This document shows, piece after piece, positions 1 through 7,726 of a DNA stretch of 64,000 bases. The stretch is from contig JASGHJ010000002.1 in assembly GCA_047602405.1 (NCBI GenBank), positions 2,720,001 to 2,784,000 on the forward strand, given 5' to 3'. Positions within the stretch are counted from its first letter, which is position 1. Every line of letters starts with the position of its first letter. This stretch comes from Anaeromyxobacteraceae bacterium. GTDB lineage: Bacteria; Myxococcota; Myxococcia; Myxococcales; Anaeromyxobacteraceae. The translations under genes and the position numbers were made by a program. The notes beneath the pieces are model-generated. The model searched no databases. It was not told where the DNA came from and worked only from the letters and a program-made list of their open reading frames with translations.

Positions 1-321
1 GTCTCGACGGTCTTCCTCCTGCGCGCGGCGCGCCTGGAGGCCGGCGAGCGGTTCTGCTTCGACGCCGTGGGCCGGGGCCGCTACTGGCGGGTCGAGGCGA
101 CCGTCGCGCCGGACCGCGAGCGGGTCGAGACCCCGGCCGGGAAGTTCGACACCGTGCGCGTCGATCTCACCGGGCGCCGCGCCGACGGGCGCGCCGGCGC
201 GAAGGCCTACGAGGTGCACCTGTGGTTCTCGCGCGACGCCCGGCGGCTGCTCGTCGCGGCGGTGGCCGACCTCGACATCGGGCCGGCGAGCGTGACGCTC
301 ACCTCGATCCGGACTCCGTGA
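1..321 (+). CDS. DUF3108-like protein, C-terminal part (5' end outside window)
   Basis: Frame open from base 1; motifs 'ERVETPAGKFDTVRV' and 'LWFSRDARRLLV' typical of DUF3108. Confidence 0.65.
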   Translation, partial: VSTVFLLRAARLEAGERFCFDAVGRGRYWRVEATVAPDRERVETPAGKFDTVRVDLTGRRADGRAGAKAYEVHLWFSRDARRLLVAAVADLDIGPASVTLTSIRTP

Positions 322-330
322 TCCTCGACC

Positions 331-426
331 GCATGTCCCGAGCGTAGCCTCCCGCCAAGGTCCGCACGTCCCGAGCGTGGCCCCCGCGCAGCGGGGGCGG
401 AGACGAGGGGAGGCGGAGTCGAGGGA
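331..426. repeat. Nested pair of REP-like palindromic elements (TCCCGAGCG...GAGTCGAGGGA family)
   Basis: GCAYGTCCCGAGCGT at 331 and 364, closed by GAGACGAGGG (400-409) and GAGTCGAGGGA (416-426); lies between convergent genes. Confidence 0.65.
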
Positions 427-429
427 GGG

Positions 430-825
430 CTACATCCGCGCGGCGACCTGCGCGAGCCGGCGCCGCAGCGACGAGAGCGTCTGCGAGAGCGCCTCCATCT
501 TCTCGATGGGCGCGCCGCCGATGGCGAGCGAGAGGAAGCGGCCCTGCGACGGCTCCGGATCGCGGAGCGCGGCGTCCACGTTCGCGACGTAAGCGGCGAC
601 GGCGGAGAGCGCGGCGCGGGCCTCGGCGAGGTCGTCCTCGAGGAAGTCGAGCACCACGTGCTCGCGCGCGCTCTTGTCGGCGAGCCGCTGGCGCAGCGCC
701 TCCACCGGGCCGAGGGCGGGCGCGGCCGGCGCGGCGCGAGGCGCGGGGCGCACCGCGGTCGTCGCCAGGGTGGCCTGGACGGACTGGACGGCGCGGGCGA
801 CGGCGGCGGCGGTCTTGTGGCTCAT
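430..825 (-). CDS. Hypothetical alpha-helical protein (MSHKTAAA...)
   Basis: High-GC3 codon frame; ATGA overlap with the stop of the upstream gene at 822-825. Confidence 0.7.
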   Translation of the reverse strand: MSHKTAAAVARAVQSVQATLATTAVRPAPRAAPAAPALGPVEALRQRLADKSAREHVVLDFLEDDLAEARAALSAVAAYVANVDAALRDPEPSQGRFLSLAIGGAPIEKMEALSQTLSSLRRRLAQVAARM

Positions 826-1571
826 GCGGTTCCTCCGGCCTCCCGCGCCGCGCGGCGGCGGCGGACGGCCTCGATGGCGGCGTGGATGCGTGCGGGGCTC
901 TGGCCCTCGGCGACGAGCTCGCGGACCTCGCGGGCGGCGGCGGCGAGGCCGTCGGGATCGGTGGCGCCGCGGGCCTCGGCGAGCGCGCGGGCGAGCGCCT
1001 CGTCGGGCGCGGCCGGGCGGCGGGGGCGCGGCGGGGCGGCCGGGGACGCGGCGACGCGCGCGGCGACGGGCGGCGGCGGCAGGGCCTCGAGCACCGCGCG
1101 ACCGGAGAGGACGTCGTCGCCGAGCGGCGCGCCGTCGGCCTCGCGCGGCAGGAGCACGCGCCAGAGGGTGCCGCGGTTGTCGCGGTGGAGGGGGCGCGCG
1201 AGCCCGGCGGCGACGACCGCGTCGAGCACGCGCAGCAGGCGGCGCTCGGAGAGGCCGAGCCGGGCCTCGAGGTCGCGCTTCGCGATCCGGCAGAAGTTCC
1301 GCCCCTCGCCCCACGAGAGGCGCAGCAGCTGCAGGTACGCGGCCTGCTCCTCGGCGCGGAGCCGGCGGGAGAGATCGTCGAAGGCCTCGAGCGGGATGGG
1401 CGCGTAGGCGGCGCGCACGCGCACGGCGCCGAGCAGCTCGCCGCCGAAGGGGAGGCGGCGCATCTCGCCGGCCTCGAGGCGCTCGGCGGGCACGGCCGCG
1501 GGATCGACCCGCGCCGTCGTCAGCGCCGCGCTGCCCCGGATGCCCCGGTGGTTGACCCGCCCGCCGCCCAC
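822..1571 (-). CDS. Putative winged helix-turn-helix protein (start uncertain)
   Basis: 'AYLQLLRLSWGEGRNFCRIAKRDLEARLGLSERRLLRVLDAVVAAGL' has a wHTH pattern; coupled to the downstream gene. Confidence 0.55.
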   Translation of the reverse strand: MGGGRVNHRGIRGSAALTTARVDPAAVPAERLEAGEMRRLPFGGELLGAVRVRAAYAPIPLEAFDDLSRRLRAEEQAAYLQLLRLSWGEGRNFCRIAKRDLEARLGLSERRLLRVLDAVVAAGLARPLHRDNRGTLWRVLLPREADGAPLGDDVLSGRAVLEALPPPPVAARVAASPAAPPRPRRPAAPDEALARALAEARGATDPDGLAAAAREVRELVAEGQSPARIHAAIEAVRRRRAAREAGGTA

Positions 1572-1629
1572 GCCCGCTCCTTCCCCGTACCGAACCCAGG
1601 GGACGAGCGTAATCCAGCGATATCGAGGG

Positions 1630-2064
1630 TCAATTTTCCGTCCGCGCGACCTCGGCCTCGAGGCGATCGAGGTTCTGCTCGTTCGCGGGCTCGACGAACG
1701 CGGCGAGCTGGTCGCGCAGCGCCGCGGTCGGGAAGGCCTGGGTCCAGGTGAGCCGCGTGCCGCCCGCCTCGGGGGCGAGCGCGACGGTGAGCACGAAGGG
1801 CGGCGCGTTCAGGTGCTCGATGACGACCAGGTCCGGGTCCACGCGCACGAACCGGCTCTCGTTCGGGAAGTGCTTCCCGTCCGGACCGTGCATGGTGAAG
1901 CGCCACGCACCGCCGGGCCTGGGCTCGCAGACCTCGAAGGTGTTCGTGAAGCCCTTCGGCCCCCACCAGCGCGCGAGGCGGGCGGGATCGACGAAGGCGG
2001 CGAGGACGCGATGGGGCGGCGCCGCGAGACGCCGAGAGGTCGTCAGGGAGCGGCCGTCGTCCAC
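1630..2064 (-). CDS. SRPBCC/AHSA1 domain protein
   Basis: 'DPARLARWWGPKGF...RPGGAWRFTMHGPDG' signature; the ORF-track N-terminal extension is repeat-derived, so GTG at 2064 is the likely start. Confidence 0.85.
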   Translation of the reverse strand: MDDGRSLTTSRRLAAPPHRVLAAFVDPARLARWWGPKGFTNTFEVCEPRPGGAWRFTMHGPDGKHFPNESRFVRVDPDLVVIEHLNAPPFVLTVALAPEAGGTRLTWTQAFPTAALRDQLAAFVEPANEQNLDRLEAEVARTEN

Positions 2065-2073
2065 GGAGGCCTC

Positions 2074-2288
2074 GCTGCCGGGGTGGGCCCCGCGGGGCTC
2101 CGCCCCGTGAGGCGGGGGTACGCCCCCGTGCGAAGCGAAGCGGAGCACATCCGGGGGTGGGGCCCCGATCCAGCTCCGCTGGTCGGGGCGGGGGGCTACG
2201 CCCCCCGTGCGAAGCGAAGCGGAGCACATCCGGGGGTGGGGCCCCGATCCAGCTCCGCTGGTCGGGGCGGGGGGCTACGCCCCCCGTG
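2074..2288. repeat. Tandem 79-bp palindromic REP/BIME-like repeat (2 identical units plus one degenerate unit)
   Basis: GTG at 2128, 2207 and 2286 gives a 79-bp period; each unit holds hairpins GCCCCGATCCAGCTCCGCTGGTCGGGGC and GGGGGGCTACGCCCCCC. Confidence 0.9.
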
Positions 2289-2293
2289 AAACT

Positions 2294-2813
2294 CGAGATC
2301 AGGCCGCGGGAGCGACGGAGCAGCTCGATCGTCTTCTGGTACTCGATGTCCCAGGCGGCCGTGCCCTCCTGGAGGTGCTTCAGGCGGGCGCGCGCCTCGC
2401 GATCGATCTCGTCGTCGACGTCGAGGTGCTTCTTGAAGATCTGGTTCACCTTGCGGCGGATCGAGTGGTCGTCGGAGTAGACCTCCTCGACGTTCCTGGA
2501 GATGAGCAGGAACTCGATCATCTGGCCGATGACGTACTCGATGCCCTCGTCGCCCATCTTGAAGCCGCGGACGTCGGCCATCTCGCGCTTCACCTGGTTG
2601 AACCGGGACTGGTCGTAGCCGCGGCGCTCGAGCGCCTCGCGCGTGGCCGCGTTCACCCGCTCCTCGGCCGCGAGGTACTCCTTCATGATGGCGGCCATGT
2701 CCATCTCGGCGTCCGAGATGCGGAGGGTCTCGACCTCGATGTCGCCGTCCTGCATGAGGGTCTGCACGACCTCTCGGGCGATCGTCGGGATGACCTTCGG
2801 GTAAAGCCTCATG
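2294..2813 (-). CDS. DUF507 family protein (expected stop codon missing at the repeat junction; 3' end approximate)
   Basis: MRLYPKVIPTIAREVV...RRSRGLI resembles DUF507; the frame reads through into the 79-bp repeat. Confidence 0.75.
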
Positions 2814-2994
2814 GAGTATGCCCCGGTGTCCTCGCTACCCGGGCGGTGCGTGTGCACCGCCGAAGTACGCGATTCGCAAAAGGTAACGCCCTATAAACCC
2901 CGCCCGCGTTTCGAGGCAAGGGAAAAGGCACGTCGGCTGGCATGTTCCGTGCGTTTCTCACCGAACGCACGCGCCCCGTGGGGCTGAAACCCTT

Positions 2995-3019
2995 CCCGGG
3001 CCCCCCACGGGGGCCCGGG
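2995..3019. terminator. GC-rich hairpin downstream of fbaB (possible terminator)
   Basis: CCCGGGCCCCC-CAC-GGGGGCCCGGG inverted repeat. Confidence 0.45.
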
Positions 3020-3050
3020 TCGGCACGACCGTGGCGCGCGACCTACCGCC

Positions 3051-3980
3051 TCACGGCTGGTAGATCTTCATGACGTCGGCGAGCAGCTTCAGCGCCTCGG
3101 CCTTCGGGCGCTGGAAGGCGTTGCGGCCCATGATCGAGCCGAACGCGCCGCCGTCCCGGAGGCCCTTGATCTCCTCGAGCACGGCGTCGGCGCCCTTCGC
3201 CTCGCCGCCCGAGAAGATGACGATGCGCTTGCCGTTGAACGCGGCCTGCACGACGTGCTTCACGCGCTCGGCGAGCGTCGAGGTCGGGATCTTCTGCTCC
3301 TCGTAGACCTTCTTCGCCTCGGCCTGCTCGAGGAACGCCTTCGGCGGCTTCACCTTCACGATGTGCGCGCCGAGCTGGCAGGCGATCTGCGCCGCGTACG
3401 CCGCGACGTCGATGGCCGTCTCGCCGTCCTTCGACACGCCGGTGCCGCGCGGGTAGCTCCACACCACGACCGCGAGGCCGGCCTGCTTCGCCTCCTCGGT
3501 CAGGGCGCGCAGCGCCTCGTACTGCGTGTTCCGGGCGTCGGAGGCCGGGTAGATCGTGTAGCCGATCGCCGCGCAGCCGAGGCGGACCGCCTCCTTCACC
3601 GAGGAGGTCACCGCCGAGATCGGCGCGCCGCCGAGCTTCGAGAGCGAGTCGGAGTTGTTCACCTTCAGGATGAGCGGGATCTGGCCGGCGTACTTGTGCG
3701 CGATCGCCTCGATGAAGCCGAGCGGCGCCGCGTATGCGTTGCAGCCGGACTCGATCGCGAGCTGCACGTGGTACTCGGGATCGTAGCCGGCCGGGTTCTT
3801 CGCGAAGGAGCGCGCGGGGCCGTGCTCGAAGCCCTGGTCGACGGGCAGGATGACGAGCTTGCCCGTGCCGGCGAGCGTGCCGGTCATGAGCAGGCGGTAG
3901 AGGTTGGCGCGGGTGCCAGGGCTGTCCGAGTCGTACCAGGACAGGATCTCCTTCACGCGCGCGGTCGTACGCTCCTGCAT
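3051..3980 (-). CDS. fbaB: Class I fructose-bisphosphate aldolase (DhnA/FbaB type)
   Basis: 'ILPVDQGFEHGP', 'WSYPRG', 'GAHIVKVK' and 'GSIMGRNAFQRP' motifs. Confidence 0.92.
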   Translation of the reverse strand: MQERTTARVKEILSWYDSDSPGTRANLYRLLMTGTLAGTGKLVILPVDQGFEHGPARSFAKNPAGYDPEYHVQLAIESGCNAYAAPLGFIEAIAHKYAGQIPLILKVNNSDSLSKLGGAPISAVTSSVKEAVRLGCAAIGYTIYPASDARNTQYEALRALTEEAKQAGLAVVVWSYPRGTGVSKDGETAIDVAAYAAQIACQLGAHIVKVKPPKAFLEQAEAKKVYEEQKIPTSTLAERVKHVVQAAFNGKRIVIFSGGEAKGADAVLEEIKGLRDGGAFGSIMGRNAFQRPKAEALKLLADVMKIYQP

Positions 3981-4123
3981 GACTTCCTCCAGGCTTTGTT
4001 CGAGTGCCCCACCGGAACGGGGGGATGTCGGGCCGGTGCGAATCTACGGACACGCAAGGAGCCCCGGCAAGAGAAAAGCCGAGGTCCGGACGCGGTCGCA
4101 TCGCCGCAGGGCCGACCCGCGCG

Positions 4124-7100
4124 TCAGCCGCTCACGGGGTGGCACCGCGGGACGAAGCCACACCCCTCCGAGCGGCAGGTTTCCACCGAGCGTCCCAGCG
4201 CACCCGCCGTCGGCACTTCGCCTCCCAGTGCGAGCCGCGCGAGCCGCGGTGCGTCGCGCTCGAACGCGCGGAGCTCGGCCGCCGACGGCGTGAGCTCGAC
4301 GACGCGGTGGTCGCCGCGCAGGAACACGATCGCCGCGCGCACCTTCGCGCCCGGGTGCGCCCGCGCCGCGGCGAGCGCGTACGCGGCGAGCTGGAAGCGG
4401 TACCGCTCCGCCGCGCCCGGCCGCGGGAGCGCGTACTTGTAATCGATGACGAACACCTCGCCCTTCTCGCGCGCGAGGAGCGCGTCGATCGCGCCGTCGA
4501 GGTAGAGGGCGCCGGCCTTCGAGCCCGGCTCACCGTCGAGCCGGAGCAGGAACGGCACCTCGCGGCGCAGGCGCCCGGCGCGCGCCGCCTTCGCGAGCTC
4601 CTTCCCCGCGGCGGAGTCGAGGAAGCGCGCCACCTCGACGAGGATCCGCTTCACCCCGCGCGCCTCCGGGTCGTGCCCGCGCCGCGCCGCGACCGCCGCG
4701 AGCTGGGCCCGCCGCTCGAGCGGCGGCGCCGCGAGGTCCGCCTCGGAGAGCATCGCGTGCGCGAGCGTGCCGCGGACGGTCGCGCGCCCGGGATCGTCGC
4801 CCGGCTGCATGCCGGACACGCCCCGTGGCTCGGCGAGGCCGAGCACGTGGGCGAAGTGATGGCGGCGAGGGCAGCGGAAGGCGTCGGAGAGAGAGGTGAC
4901 TGCGATGCGGAGAGCGGGGGGAACGGGAACGGGAGCAGGACCGGGATCGGGATCGGGATCGGGATCGGGAGCGTGAGCAGGATCGGGACCGGGAGCGGGG
5001 TCGGGAGCAGGAGCGGGAGCAGGTTCGGGAGCTGCTCCTCCGAGCTCCATCTGCCCCGTCGCGACCCTCCTCACCAACGTCTCATGCTCTGCGACGTCCG
5101 CCAGCGCGCCCTCGAGGATCGCCCTCCACGTCTCCTGCCCCGACCCCTTCGTCGCCTCTCCCGACAGGATCAGGTGGTCCCGCGCCCGCGTCATCGCGAC
5201 GTACAGGAGCCGCCTCGACTCCGCCGCCGCCGACCGGCGGTCCGCGGCCCGCGCGGCCTCGAGCGAGGCGGTCGTCCGCACCGCGTCCGCGAGCGGATCG
5301 ACGAGCGGCGCGCACAGCCTTCCCTCGGCGTCGAGCAGCGGCCGCGGCCGGTCCTGGATCGGCCGCGCCCCGAGGTCCGGCACGAAGACGACCGGCCACT
5401 CGAGCCCCTTCGCCTGGTGGATCGAGAGGAGCGCCACCGCGTCGCCCGCCTCGAGGTCCCCCTCCGGCTCGCGCGGCGGCCGCTCCGCCATGGTCCTCAA
5501 ATGGCGCGAGAGCTCGAGCGCCCCGCCCCCGTCGTCGTGGAAGCGGTGCGCGAGGGCGAGCGCCTTGTGGACGTTCGCGAGCCGCCGCTCGCCGCCGGGG
5601 GACGCGAGGAGCGCCGCGTCGAGCTCGAGGACCTCGACCGCGCGCGCGAGGAGCTCGTGCACCGGCAGCCGGTCGCGCAGCGGCCGGAGCGCCGCGAGCG
5701 TGTCGAGGAGCGCCCCGAGCCGGTCCCACTCGTCGTCCGGCACCGCACCGGGCCCCGCCTCCTCCTCCACCCGGGCTCGGACGGCCGCGGCGCCCTCCCG
5801 GCCGAGCCGGCCGAGGCCGCCCCGGGCGAGCAGGAAGAGCGTGCCGTCGGTGACCGCGCAGAGCGGCGAGCGCAGGAGCGCCGCCCAGGCGGCCGCGTCC
5901 TCCGGGTCGAGGAGCGCCGCGAGGAGCTCGCCGAGGTCGCGGACCTCCGGCGCCTGGTAGAAGCCCTGCCCGCGCGCGACGCGGAACGGGATCCCCGCCG
6001 CGCGCAGCGCCCGCTCGTACACGTCCACCTCGGTGAGCCGGCGGAAGAGCAGCGCGACGTCCGACGGCCGCGGCGCGCGCGCCCGCTCCACCCCGTCCGC
6101 GCCGCGCTCGCGCACGAGCGCCCCTCCCGCGCCGGAGACGAGCGCGCGCACGCGGCGGGCGATCGCCTCCGCCTCGCGGGCGCGCAGCTCGGCGGCCTTG
6201 CCGCCCTCGGCGTCCACGAGGAGCTCGCACGCGGGCCGCGCCCCCTCGGGCCGACGCGGCACCAGCCGGTCGCTCGGCGCGAAGGCGAGCTCGTCGTCGC
6301 GCGGGGCCTCGCCCGCCGGTGCCCGCATCGTGCGCTCGAACACGGCGTTCACGAGGTCGACGACGGCAGGCGCCGAGCGGTGGTTCTCCGACTGGTGGAG
6401 CACCCGCCCCTCGCCGGCCTCGAAGCGGCGCAGCAGCCGGGTGAAGACGCCGAGGTCCGCACCCCGGAACCGGTAGATCGACTGCTTCGCGTCGCCGACC
6501 GCGACCATGATCGGACCCGCGGGCGCGATGCTGCCGGGGTGGGGCCCCGACGGGCTTTGACCGGCGGGGCGGGGGGCGCCGAGCCCCCCGAGGAGATCGA
6601 AGAGCTGCTGCTGGACCGCGTTCACGTCCTGGTACTCGTCGACGAGCAGCGCCCGGTACCGCCCGCGCAGCTCGGCGCGGAGCGCCGGATCCCGGCGGAG
6701 GAGGTCGCGCGCGAGCCGGAGGAGGTCGTCGAAGTCGACCGCGCGGGCGGCCGCCTTCCGGGCCCCGTAGCGCGCCTCGCCGTCCGCCACGAGCGCCGCG
6801 AGCGCGCGGCGCTGGGGCAGCCCCCGGGCGTCGGCGGCGCCCCGCAGCCACGCGTCCACCGCGGCGCCGAGCGCGTCGCGCGCGGCCTTCCCGTCCCCGG
6901 ACAGCCGGCCGCCCTTCGACGCGAGCTTCAGCCCCTCCACGCGCGCGAGCGTCGCCCCCTCGAGCGGCCCCGCGCGGTCCTCCGGGCCGAGCGCCGCGAG
7001 GGCGGCCTGGACCGCGGCGGAGACGCCCACGCCGGCGCCGGCGAGCGCCGCGCCGGCGGCGAGCGCGGCCTCGCGCGCCGCGAGCGCGGGCGCGGGCTCC

Positions 7101-7726
7101 GCGACCGCGGGCTCCGGGGCGCCCTGCTCGCCCCGGGTCGCGCGGGCGCGGACGAGCGCGACGATCGACGCGGCGAGGGCCCCGACGCCGTCGCGCGCCG
7201 CCAGCGCGCGCACCTCGAGATCGCCGCGGTCGAGCGCGGCCATGACCGCGGCCCGCGCGGCCGCGGCGATCCAGGCGGCGGTGCGCTCCTCGTCGAGCAC
7301 CGCGAAGTCCGGGTCGAGGCCCGCCTCGGGCGCGTGCTCGCGCAGGAGCCGGCCGCAGAAGCCGTGGATCGTGCCGACCGCCATCCGGTCCAGCCCGGCG
7401 AGCCGCTCGTGCCAGGCGTCCCTCGACTCCGGGCCGCCTGCGGCGGCCCCACGCTCGGGATGAGCGGACTCCGGAGGCCTCGCGGCCGCCCGCGCGGCCA
7501 CCGCCGCCCGGAGCCGCTCCACGAGCTCCGCGCCGGCGCGCTCCGTGAACGTGATCGCGGCGAGCTCCCCGGGGTCGCACGGCGTCCCGAGCGCCTCACC
7601 GGAGAGGAGCCGCACGCACAGCTCGACGAGCGCGGTGGTCTTGCCCGAGCCCGCGCCGGCCGAGACCGCGGTGGGCGCCGAGAGCTCGAAGAGCGCGAGC
7701 GCCGCCTCGCTCCAGCGGACCGTCAC
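4124..7726 (-). CDS. addA: AddA-like UvrD helicase with C-terminal PD-(D/E)XK nuclease
   Basis: Walker A 'AGAGSGKTT', 'DEYQD', 'VGDAKQSIYRFRGA', 'SIHQAKGLEW', 'LYVAMTRARD', nuclease 'GAIDAL..VIDYK'; GTGA overlap with addB. Confidence 0.88.
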   Translation of the reverse strand: MTVRWSEAALALFELSAPTAVSAGAGSGKTTALVELCVRLLSGEALGTPCDPGELAAITFTERAGAELVERLRAAVAARAAARPPESAHPERGAAAGGPESRDAWHERLAGLDRMAVGTIHGFCGRLLREHAPEAGLDPDFAVLDEERTAAWIAAAARAAVMAALDRGDLEVRALAARDGVGALAASIVALVRARATRGEQGAPEPAVAEPAPALAAREAALAAGAALAGAGVGVSAAVQAALAALGPEDRAGPLEGATLARVEGLKLASKGGRLSGDGKAARDALGAAVDAWLRGAADARGLPQRRALAALVADGEARYGARKAAARAVDFDDLLRLARDLLRRDPALRAELRGRYRALLVDEYQDVNAVQQQLFDLLGGLGAPRPAGQSPSGPHPGSIAPAGPIMVAVGDAKQSIYRFRGADLGVFTRLLRRFEAGEGRVLHQSENHRSAPAVVDLVNAVFERTMRAPAGEAPRDDELAFAPSDRLVPRRPEGARPACELLVDAEGGKAAELRAREAEAIARRVRALVSGAGGALVRERGADGVERARAPRPSDVALLFRRLTEVDVYERALRAAGIPFRVARGQGFYQAPEVRDLGELLAALLDPEDAAAWAALLRSPLCAVTDGTLFLLARGGLGRLGREGAAAVRARVEEEAGPGAVPDDEWDRLGALLDTLAALRPLRDRLPVHELLARAVEVLELDAALLASPGGERRLANVHKALALAHRFHDDGGGALELSRHLRTMAERPPREPEGDLEAGDAVALLSIHQAKGLEWPVVFVPDLGARPIQDRPRPLLDAEGRLCAPLVDPLADAVRTTASLEAARAADRRSAAAESRRLLYVAMTRARDHLILSGEATKGSGQETWRAILEGALADVAEHETLVRRVATGQMELGGAAPEPAPAPAPDPAPGPDPAHAPDPDPDPDPGPAPVPVPPALRIAVTSLSDAFRCPRRHHFAHVLGLAEPRGVSGMQPGDDPGRATVRGTLAHAMLSEADLAAPPLERRAQLAAVAARRGHDPEARGVKRILVEVARFLDSAAGKELAKAARAGRLRREVPFLLRLDGEPGSKAGALYLDGAIDALLAREKGEVFVIDYKYALPRPGAAERYRFQLAAYALAAARAHPGAKVRAAIVFLRGDHRVVELTPSAAELRAFERDAPRLARLALGGEVPTAGALGRSVETCRSEGCGFVPRCHPVSG
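4911..5040. repeat. Low-complexity 6-bp repeats (GGGATC/GGGAGC) encoding a PD/PA linker in AddA
   Basis: Encodes PEPAPAPAPDPAPGPDPAHAPDPDPDPDPGPAP between the helicase and nuclease domains. Confidence 0.8.

Noticed and set aside
2074..2288. 79-bp repeat as a CRISPR array
   Set aside because: The units are identical end to end with no unique spacers, and no cas genes are in the window.
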